The notes under the pieces were generated by a model that was not told the DNA's origin, did no database searches, and saw only the letters and a program-made list of their open reading frames with translations. Below, piece by piece: positions 16,979 to 24,009 of a DNA stretch of 32,000 nt (the stretch's first letter is position 1; the number at the start of each line of letters is the position of its first letter). Where the stretch lies: positions 330,001 to 362,000 of the forward strand of contig JALHOH010000001.1 in assembly GCA_022843095.1 (NCBI GenBank), written 5' to 3'. This DNA is from Candidatus Saccharimonadota bacterium (GTDB taxonomy: Bacteria; Patescibacteriota; Patescibacteriia; 2-12-FULL-60-25). Position numbers and translations under genes: made by a program.

Positions 16979-17707
16979 TTAGGCGGCGCAGATGATGGGG
17001 AGAATGTCTTCCGCCCCGCGTCGCAGGGTGTGCGTTGTCCAGAGGGTCGCCGGAGTCACCCACGCAGGGTTCACTTCGACGACCTTTTTCCTCAGTTTGC
17101 GTGCTTCACGTGCCAGTGACCAGGTGTTGGTCACGAGCCCGCTCGTCCCAACAAGGAGGACGAGATCCGCCTCCGCGAAGGTTGCGCGGAAGTTCTCGAG
17201 AAAGCGTACGGATTCCCCGAACAGCACCGCATCATGCCGCAGTGGGCTTCCGCAGTCTGGACAGTGTCGGAACGGCTCCGCTTCGAGTGATGTGCTTTGG
17301 TATCGCGCGCTCGAGCAATCGTTCAGGCATCGGTACGCATGAAGCGTCCCATGGAGCTCGTAGCAGGTGCTCCCGGCCTTCGCGTGAAGCCCATCCACGT
17401 TCTGCGTGAACAGGGGGGCGTTCTTGGACGTGGCGAACCTGTGGAGCGCGTGATGCGCGGCGTTCGGGGCGGCGTTTGCCGCAAGCACCCGCGCGCGCTC
17501 GAACGCGTTCCAGGTCTCTTCGGGATGCGTGTGCAGCGTTTCTGGAAACGCGAGAGCCTGGACTTCCGGACGGTTCCAGATGCCACCTTTTCCGCGGAAC
17601 GGCGGAATGCCGCTCGCGATGGAGATACCGGCCCCGGTCAAGATGAACGGGGTCCGGCACGATTGAAGTGCCTGTTTTGCGCCTGAGGCGTTCGAGGAAA
17701 AGAGCAT
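16979..17707 (-). CDS. cobB: NAD-dependent protein deacylase, Sir2/CobB family
   Basis: The motifs are 'LTGAGISIASGIPPFRG', 'QNVDGLH', and zinc motifs 'CLNDC' and 'CPDCG'. The start is probably ATG 17707. The alternative, 17743, would overlap the divergent promoter. Confidence 0.85.
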   Translation of the reverse strand: MLFSSNASGAKQALQSCRTPFILTGAGISIASGIPPFRGKGGIWNRPEVQALAFPETLHTHPEETWNAFERARVLAANAAPNAAHHALHRFATSKNAPLFTQNVDGLHAKAGSTCYELHGTLHAYRCLNDCSSARYQSTSLEAEPFRHCPDCGSPLRHDAVLFGESVRFLENFRATFAEADLVLLVGTSGLVTNTWSLAREARKLRKKVVEVNPAWVTPATLWTTHTLRRGAEDILPIICAA

Positions 17708-17736
17708 GGGTCGGACCCTAGCGGAAAAATGCCGTT

Positions 17737-17765
17737 TTGTCAATCGTGCCGGGCAGGGGTAGTAT
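17737..17765 (+). promoter_or_regulatory. Promoter: TTGTCA, 17 nt spacer, TAGTAT, then 6 nt to ATG 17772 (leaderless geometry)
   Basis: The hexamers and spacing are read directly from the sequence. Confidence 0.5.
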
Positions 17766-17771
17766 GATGGT

Positions 17772-19346
17772 ATGTCTATCGATGTACCCGTTTCATCTTC
17801 CGAGCAAACAGGGGTGAATCGAACCAGAAAAAAAGAGACGAATACCTTGACTCCGGATCGTCTTCTTGAAGCGTTTCGTGGCTATCGCCACAAAGAACGC
17901 CAAGCGATTCTTGGTGCGCATTGGGATCGATTTACTGCGACGGAAGAGGGGGGAGAGCAGTTGCGTGCCGCGCTCAAAGCGGAAGGGTGTAGCGACGCGT
18001 TTATCGAACGCATGATACAGGATGATTCGTTGCGAGAGCGGGTTCTGGATGTGTGCGATCGATTTGAGATGCTGGGTGAACGGTTTCAGCGGCTTGAGGA
18101 AGCGGAGGTGTATCTTGCATTGGTGGAAACGGGTCGAGAAGACGTGCGAGCGCTTACAGAAGGGGTTTCATTTGAAGGAAAATTTGCAGGAATGCGCGAT
18201 CTGAAGCCAGAAGAGTTGCGCTACACGCGTTTGCGTTACATGAACACGATGGCAAAGGAGGCGGCAAAGGATCCAAGTCATCTTGCCCAATACGCGGAAC
18301 TAGGGAGGGCGTATCAGCGTATTACGGGTAAAGCAGCGAAGGAGGAGGAATTGATGGATCCTTCGTGGCACACACAGGTGTTTGAGGAAGCGGTTCGAGA
18401 TCCAGAGGCGATGACCCGATTGGTTTCAGATCCCGTTGTGAAGGAATTTTATGAGATGTTGCATGGGCAGCGGCTAGATACGGCACACCGTCGTATTCAG
18501 CTTCGTTGGGGTCAGGCGGCTGATGGTTCGCGCATTCCGCGTATGCTTGTTGAGGGAAAGGCGGTTCCAGAAAAAGCTGACGCCAAAAATCAGACCTGTT
18601 CGGTGTTATCGTTTGTGATTGAGGGTCGTCAACCGGACCAGGAGGGTCATGCAGAACAACGTGTATTGAAGGATATCGTTGTCAAAATTGATGCGGCTCA
18701 ACGCGGGAAAAATGAAGGGATCAAATTCCTGTTGGACAAATTACCCCTCACGAAAAAGTTTAAGATTCAGGAGGTTCAGTTTAATGCCAATATTCGCATT
18801 GGATCCTACGCTTGGAGGTTCGCGGATATGGATGTGCGGGAAATGGCATCCCAGAATTTTGACGAAGAGGAATGGAATGAGATCGGGGGCCGTTCAGGAT
18901 GGGATGAAGAAAAGGCGGCAAAAGCCGAGCGCTTGGTGATGACTCGATTCGTTCTCCCGGTGTACGAGGAACAGTTTTATAAAGCGCTGGGATTAGTCCC
19001 CGCAGAAGTGCGTAAGGAACATGCCGGGGCCGTGCGACGTCTCGAGCAGGCGTTGGAAGAAATCAAAAAGAACGCAGAACTCGGTGTGGTGACGATGGAG
19101 GATTTGGCGGATTTGGGTCGGGATGAACCAGAGCTTTTTCAATTCGATAAGGACGGAAATCAAACGTCCGTACCTTCCGAGATCGTCTCCCGAGGGCACA
19201 TGGGCAAGGCGGCGATCATGGGATTGCCTTGGTATGCAAGTATCAAAACGGATCGGGTGAGCTTGAGCCGCGTGATTGATAAGTTGTACAAAGGGAGTCG
19301 AGTAAAATCCTTATTCATGAAGGCCGGTCTCGCGTTGTTTCATTGA
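17772..19346 (+). CDS. Hypothetical cytoplasmic protein, 524 aa, no recognised domain
   Basis: A long ORF with a good promoter. It has no TM segment or signal peptide and is rich in charged residues. Confidence 0.6.
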   Translation: MSIDVPVSSSEQTGVNRTRKKETNTLTPDRLLEAFRGYRHKERQAILGAHWDRFTATEEGGEQLRAALKAEGCSDAFIERMIQDDSLRERVLDVCDRFEMLGERFQRLEEAEVYLALVETGREDVRALTEGVSFEGKFAGMRDLKPEELRYTRLRYMNTMAKEAAKDPSHLAQYAELGRAYQRITGKAAKEEELMDPSWHTQVFEEAVRDPEAMTRLVSDPVVKEFYEMLHGQRLDTAHRRIQLRWGQAADGSRIPRMLVEGKAVPEKADAKNQTCSVLSFVIEGRQPDQEGHAEQRVLKDIVVKIDAAQRGKNEGIKFLLDKLPLTKKFKIQEVQFNANIRIGSYAWRFADMDVREMASQNFDEEEWNEIGGRSGWDEEKAAKAERLVMTRFVLPVYEEQFYKALGLVPAEVRKEHAGAVRRLEQALEEIKKNAELGVVTMEDLADLGRDEPELFQFDKDGNQTSVPSEIVSRGHMGKAAIMGLPWYASIKTDRVSLSRVIDKLYKGSRVKSLFMKAGLALFH

Positions 19347-19348
19347 GT

Positions 19349-19672
19349 ATGCCGAAGCGCACGAATGATTTTTTTCCTGCACAGCCGTTTTCTCAGTTAG
19401 GACGAGAGCCGGAAGATGAATTAGGGGTCGGATCGGATGCAGCGTTTTATGAATGGATGAAAGGCGATGATGAGGAAGGGACGATGGGGGCGATGTGGCT
19501 TTTTTTGGTCGAGGATCTGCGGGAAGAGCATAATCCGGCGACGATCAAACAGCTATTGGACGATTGGTATATGCGATTGCCAAAGGAGTCATTTTTTGAA
19601 CGTGTGGAGGCGATTGGATCGTTATTACCACCCTCTCACCCGTTCCATCAGGTGCGTCGCGGGTATAGCTAA
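19349..19672 (+). CDS. Small acidic hypothetical protein
   Basis: The ORF starts at ATG 19349, 2 nt after the upstream stop codon. The track's TTG start at 19343 overlaps that stop. I recognise no domain. Confidence 0.45.
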   Translation: MPKRTNDFFPAQPFSQLGREPEDELGVGSDAAFYEWMKGDDEEGTMGAMWLFLVEDLREEHNPATIKQLLDDWYMRLPKESFFERVEAIGSLLPPSHPFHQVRRGYS

Positions 19673-19683
19673 GGAAGAGGAAG

Positions 19684-19712
19684 AAAAAAACACGCATCCG
19701 AATGGATGCGTG
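19684..19712 (-). terminator. Rho-independent terminator after the IMPase-like gene
   Basis: A 9-bp stem CACGCATCC/GGATGCGTG with loop GAAT, followed by a T7 run on the minus strand. Confidence 0.7.
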
Positions 19713-19716
19713 GTGG

Positions 19717-20574
19717 TCAGGAGAGGCCGAGTGCCTCTTTCAGTTGGTTGGCGAGCGTCGTATCCCGCGCCGCGATGAGCCAGTCGTACCGGAGCGTCTC
19801 CGGATGGAACGGACCGTGCAGATAGGTGCCACCCATGCAGGACAGCGCGTAGGCAAACGCGCCGCCATCGATGAGCTGGCAATTGCGATTCACGCAACCC
19901 GCATGCCGTCCCAGCAGAAAACCGGACGAGGCATGAGGCCAATCCGGCGTCCCGTCGTAGTCCCGCCAGGGGAAGATAGGGGAGAGCCCCAGTCGTCGGA
20001 CCGCGTCTGCACGATCGGCGAACTCTTCGCCCAGGAGGATCTCCTTCGCTACGTTCTGGCCGGGAAGAACGAACGGATGGGGGAGTCTTGGATCAAGCGC
20101 ATGCGCGCTGTAATCGTACTCCCAGGTGATCAGCAGACCGTTGTGCGCCGGCAGTGAGAGCACGGTGCCGAACGGACGAAGTTCCTCATCGCAGGCGGTG
20201 GCGACCACTTCGAAGTGGGGCAATCCATCGCGGTAGTAGAGCGTGCTGTTCACGGGGTCGAGCGTGATGATCGTTTCACCCGTCCGATTCAGGTACCGGC
20301 TGATCAGATCTTTCTCGCCTTCTTCCCCCAGGAAGCGCACGTTATCGAACGTCACCGCAATCGCCGCTGCGACGAACGACTGGATGATCAGGTCTGCGTC
20401 GGTCAGGGCGGAGGCGAATCGATTTCCGCCTTTTTCTTCCGTCCTCCCGCGCTTGGACGCCTCGATGATCCCGGGTTGCAACTGGAGCGCCAGTTCGCCG
20501 GCGTCCTTGATGATGTCTCCAAGTCGGAGCAGACAATCGGATCGCGTGGCACGTGTAAATGTGTGCTTTTTCAC
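19717..20574 (-). CDS. Inositol monophosphatase/FBPase-superfamily protein with a divergent metal-binding motif
   Basis: My manual alignment to SuhB matches 'FLGEEGE' to 'ITEESGE', and 'LDPVNSTLYYRDGLPHFEV' to 'IDPLDGTTNFIKRLPHFAV'. The canonical DPxDGT motif reads DPVNST here. Confidence 0.55.
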   Translation of the reverse strand: MKKHTFTRATRSDCLLRLGDIIKDAGELALQLQPGIIEASKRGRTEEKGGNRFASALTDADLIIQSFVAAAIAVTFDNVRFLGEEGEKDLISRYLNRTGETIITLDPVNSTLYYRDGLPHFEVVATACDEELRPFGTVLSLPAHNGLLITWEYDYSAHALDPRLPHPFVLPGQNVAKEILLGEEFADRADAVRRLGLSPIFPWRDYDGTPDWPHASSGFLLGRHAGCVNRNCQLIDGGAFAYALSCMGGTYLHGPFHPETLRYDWLIAARDTTLANQLKEALGLS

Positions 20575-20679
20575 TCATTCCTCCGTTCGCGACCGTAGGG
20601 TGAATTGTCGAAAAAGTCAATCCCGCCCTTGCCAACTTTTTAGGCGCACGGTATCTTTTTCCCGCAAAACAGAAGACAT

Positions 20680-20755
20680 GGTGGCCATGGTGAAGGGGTT
20701 ATCACAGCGGGTTGTGGTCCCGTTATCATGGGTTCGAATCCCATTGGCCACCCCA
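20680..20755 (+). tRNA. tRNA-His (anticodon GUG) with genome-encoded G-1 and CCA
   Basis: Manual fold. G-1 is followed by acceptor stem GTGGCCA/TGGCCAC. The D-stem is GTGA/TCAC, the anticodon loop is TTGTGGT, the T-arm is ATGGG-TTCGAAT-CCCAT and the discriminator is C. Confidence 0.9.
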
Positions 20756-22342
20756 TCGAGAATAAACCTCCTCAACACGGGAGGTTTTCTCGTACATAGG
20801 GGCTTTTTTGAGAGGTCCTAACCGTTTTATGTCGATTTTGATGCTTTCAAGTGCGTTGGAAATGGGAACGATCCATTCCGCTTGTTTGATCGTCAGTTTT
20901 CCATCCTTCAAGATGTAGCTTGTACCGATAGTATTGAATACTTCACGCCGTGTTTTCACATCGCCAGCCGTAAAGATCGCGTATGCGTTGGTTGCAAAAT
21001 GAAACGCTTGCTCCGTGAGTTCTAACCACTTCTCGGCACGATCATGCGTCTCGTTCAAATGCTGATTCGCCTTGGTCAGTTCTTTTTGCAACGTATCCCG
21101 TTCCCGCGAGAAGGTTGCATCGTCAATCAAGTCCCGATAGCGCATCTTCGTCAGGTTATCGAGTTGCTGTTGGGTCTCATTGTAGGTTGCTTGGAGCATT
21201 GCGCGGGTTTGGGTACGCGTTTCGATTTCAGTATCGTTGCTTCGGCGCAATTTTGAGAGTGCAAAATCACGGAACTCGGGGTCAATCGTGAACTTGAGGA
21301 TTTCTTTTCCAATTTGATCTTCCAGTACGTCCTTGGTGATGGCTTGTTCGCGGCACTCGATCTCATGCTTTCTTCGTCGCGTACAACGATAGTAGGTGTA
21401 TCTTCCGGTGTTATTCGTCGTTTTGTAGTGCTTGGTTTTTTCTTCGGCTGTCACAAAACAGCCGCATGTCCCGCAACGGATAGAGCCAGTAAAAGCGAAC
21501 TCATGGATTTTTGATTTGGGTTTGCTCTTGTTGCCGAGCAAGACTTGAACGCGCTCGAACTCATCCAGTGAAATCATCGGCTCGTGTGCGCCTTGGTATT
21601 CCTTTCCGTTGTAGCAGACGATTCCCGCATAGAACTTATTGTTGAGCATCTTGTAGACCATGCTGTCCGCAAGAGGCTTATCGCCGGAGCGATGCCGTTT
21701 GGGAGTGAGAAAACCCCATTCGCCGTTTGCGATCTGTACGATCTTGGTTGGGTTGTAGTTTCCCGTAAGCATCAAATCCCACATCTTTCGCACCAGATGA
21801 AATCGGTCTGGGTCTTTCACGATAGTCTTGGTCAAAACATCATTCAGGTAGCCCGTAGGTGCACGAGCAGGGAGCCAGCCCTTTGAGACCTTGCTATCCA
21901 AGCCGCGCAGCGTATTTTTGCGGAGGTCGAGGATGAATTGGTTGGCCATGCCGCTCTCGACGCTGAACAGGAGTACGTTATCCGTCGGTTGGTATTCACG
22001 ATCCATCGTGCGGATGGATTTGATGACACCATCTTGGAGCATCATTTGAAGGCGACCGCTGTCTACAGGATTTCGTGATAGGCGATTGATCTGCCAGCAG
22101 AGGATACCGTCTGCTTTACCCTTCTCGATCTGCTCAAGGACTTTTTTAAACACGGGACGCGAGGACGGACGCTTGGCGCTCTTGGCCTCGATCATGGTTT
22201 CGACCACATTCAACTTGAGGAGCTGGGCGAGTTCCTTGAGACGGTCTTTTTGGTCATCAATGGATTGCACTTGGCGATCCTCGCTCTCGGATGACTTTCG
22301 CGCGTACAGGATGTAGCGCAGGTTATTTTCGGGGAGTTTCAT
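20726..22342 (-). CDS. Large serine recombinase (resolvase/invertase N-terminal domain, recombinase domain, zinc ribbon, coiled coil)
   Basis: The motifs are 'YARKSSESEDRQVQSIDDQ', 'INRLSRN' and the zinc ribbon 'CGTCGCFV...YTYYRC', followed by a long helical insert. The last 9 codons overlap tRNA-His. Confidence 0.88.
   Translation of the reverse strand: MKLPENNLRYILYARKSSESEDRQVQSIDDQKDRLKELAQLLKLNVVETMIEAKSAKRPSSRPVFKKVLEQIEKGKADGILCWQINRLSRNPVDSGRLQMMLQDGVIKSIRTMDREYQPTDNVLLFSVESGMANQFILDLRKNTLRGLDSKVSKGWLPARAPTGYLNDVLTKTIVKDPDRFHLVRKMWDLMLTGNYNPTKIVQIANGEWGFLTPKRHRSGDKPLADSMVYKMLNNKFYAGIVCYNGKEYQGAHEPMISLDEFERVQVLLGNKSKPKSKIHEFAFTGSIRCGTCGCFVTAEEKTKHYKTTNNTGRYTYYRCTRRRKHEIECREQAITKDVLEDQIGKEILKFTIDPEFRDFALSKLRRSNDTEIETRTQTRAMLQATYNETQQQLDNLTKMRYRDLIDDATFSRERDTLQKELTKANQHLNETHDRAEKWLELTEQAFHFATNAYAIFTAGDVKTRREVFNTIGTSYILKDGKLTIKQAEWIVPISNALESIKIDIKRLGPLKKAPMYEKTSRVEEVYSRWGGQWDSNP
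20764..20790 (+). terminator. Hairpin terminator of tRNA-His
   Basis: An 8-bp stem AAACCTCC/GGAGGTTT running into TTTTCT. It lies inside the 3' end of the recombinase ORF on the other strand. Confidence 0.6.
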
Positions 22343-22384
22343 ATAGGGTCATGATTGGTTTATTGATTTGCTATACAAAAAGGA

Positions 22385-22498
22385 CGGCTCTGGTTGATCC
22401 AACTCGCAATACGAAGACGCATCGCTTTGCTGGCAGAGCCGCCCATTTCGGGCAGCAAAAACAATAAAAGCGTCCTCTTTCTCACGGGTTGGATCAAC
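22385..22498. repeat. Nested/crossing inverted repeats in the 160-nt spacer upstream of the recombinase gene
   Basis: There are three arm pairs. GTTGATCCAAC (22393-22403) pairs with GTTGGATCAAC (22488-22498). CGGCTCTG (22385-22392) pairs with CAGAGCCG (22434-22441). An imperfect hairpin spans 22426-22459. Confidence 0.6.
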
Positions 22499-22502
22499 GG
22501 TG

Positions 22503-23216
22503 TCATATTACCTTGATTGATTGCTTTTGTGAACGTCTGGTGAGCATGTCCGTGGCGGCTTCAAGCATACCGGTACTCGGTAATCTATCCATCTTGCGGA
22601 GCAGGCGGCGGTATCGTTTTGTCGGCCTTCCATGCCAGTATTTGACCCTCAAGGCCGCTTCTTTCTCATCCAAGCCGTTGAACAGGCATTTGCCCAAAAC
22701 ATGCCACATACCCGAATGGTTCTCTTGCTGGCTTTGATAGGCAAGATCATGACAGTGGCGGCATCCGTAGTATTTGCCCGCACCATAGAGGACGCCTACC
22801 CTCCTTCTGCAAGGTATTCCGTTTTTTATCAGAGGACAGATGAACCAGCACCGCTTGCCACCGAAGTAACAGGGCGTGCTCACAACTTCCACCCTGTAAT
22901 CAATATCACTTTTTACCCCATCAAAGCCCGTGTGGGTGTAGTGGAAACGAAAATGAGGATCATCCCCGTACACACAACTGATAACGCCTATGCTGCTTTT
23001 ATTGCCTGACCAGCCATGCGTCCATGTCGAGGTACCGCTTTGGTAATGGCCATTCAAATAACCGTGCTTTTTGAGAAAGCTGATGTTCAACGCACGAGAG
23101 GTTTCACAATTGTCCTTCGCCATAGGCTCGAAATCAATAGGACTTGGAGGGAATAAATCAAACGTAGTGACTTTATTTTTCCACCATTTTCCATCATTTT
23201 TTCCAAACGAACTCAC
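22503..23216 (-). CDS. Hypothetical protein with C-terminal Cys4 zinc-ribbon
   Basis: The 237-aa protein contains 'CWFICPLIKNGIPCRRRVGVLYGAGKYYGCRHCHDLAYQSQQE'. I recall this motif type in uncharacterised proteins of mobile elements. The 4-nt ATGA overlap joins its start codon to the upstream gene's stop codon. Confidence 0.6.
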   Translation of the reverse strand: MSSFGKNDGKWWKNKVTTFDLFPPSPIDFEPMAKDNCETSRALNISFLKKHGYLNGHYQSGTSTWTHGWSGNKSSIGVISCVYGDDPHFRFHYTHTGFDGVKSDIDYRVEVVSTPCYFGGKRCWFICPLIKNGIPCRRRVGVLYGAGKYYGCRHCHDLAYQSQQENHSGMWHVLGKCLFNGLDEKEAALRVKYWHGRPTKRYRRLLRKMDRLPSTGMLEAATDMLTRRSQKQSIKVI

Positions 23217-23761
23217 TCCCCAACGGGAGCTTGTCCGTCCATGTTCACGTCTACGACCGCAGGGATCGGTACGTCTTCCCCGTTCCGTGCAGCTTGTATG
23301 CGTTGAAGTTCGTGGAGCGTGCGGAAAAAGGATCGTTCAATGGCCGTCAGGTAGCGCAAGACCTTTTCCGTGAGATAGCTGGTCAGGGGAACGGCTTCGA
23401 TTGCTTCTTCATGACCTTCCTCTGAACCGTAGATCAGGGTTGGAAATTGCTCGCTTTTGACCTTTTCCTTTGCCGCCTCGCTTCCATGCCGTTCGACGGC
23501 GAGTGCACGTCGCATACGCCACATATCGGCCACGAGACGGTCTACAAGGAACGCCTCCATCTCCCCTTGAGGTGCCAGCTCACTCGTGATGGAGCGGCAT
23601 AGCTCGTCGAGAGTTTTGGCGTCCTCCGATTTGAGTAATACTTCACGCGATAGCAGGCCATGACGGATCGCGTTCTTACTCACGATAGCTTTGCCTTCCT
23701 CGGTTTTTGCGCCGCCACCCCGATGGGCGACGGCTTCTTGCTTGGATTGTGCTTGTTCCAT
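23213..23761 (-). CDS. Hypothetical protein, 182 aa
   Basis: An ORF in tight operon spacing that contains 'SKNAIRHGLLSREVL'. I cannot assign a function. Confidence 0.5.
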   Translation of the reverse strand: MEQAQSKQEAVAHRGGGAKTEEGKAIVSKNAIRHGLLSREVLLKSEDAKTLDELCRSITSELAPQGEMEAFLVDRLVADMWRMRRALAVERHGSEAAKEKVKSEQFPTLIYGSEEGHEEAIEAVPLTSYLTEKVLRYLTAIERSFFRTLHELQRIQAARNGEDVPIPAVVDVNMDGQAPVGE

Positions 23762-23763
23762 AG

Positions 23764-23985
23764 TTATTTGAGTTGATCAGATGTGACCTCGTTAGACCAC
23801 CAGTAAAGGAATCCTTCGACGTTATCGCGCATGTCTTTCCTGATACGGACGACGTTCTCATCGTTCAGTTCACGGTCTCCCCATCGGTCAAAGACATGCT
23901 CCCTGACGCACTCCATCGTGAGCCACTTGAGCTTGCGATACAGCTTGATGTTGATCCCGACTTTCTTGGATAATCGACGTTTCAT
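23764..23985 (-). CDS. Small basic hypothetical protein, 73 aa
   Basis: The ORF ends 2 nt before the next start codon. It could be a regulator or recombination directionality factor, but that is speculation. Confidence 0.4.
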   Translation of the reverse strand: MKRRLSKKVGINIKLYRKLKWLTMECVREHVFDRWGDRELNDENVVRIRKDMRDNVEGFLYWWSNEVTSDQLK

Positions 23986-24009
23986 ATTGGTTACAGTGTC
24001 AAAATTGGT

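Noticed and set aside
16979-17743. The Sir2-domain protein as a possible anti-phage NADase (Thoeris-, DSR- or SIR2-HerA-like).
   Set aside because: It is a short stand-alone sirtuin with the full deacylase motif set (GAGIS..GIPPFRG, QNVDGLH, two CxxC zinc pairs). It has no fused or adjacent effector or sensor genes and has backbone-like composition. It is most simply CobB.
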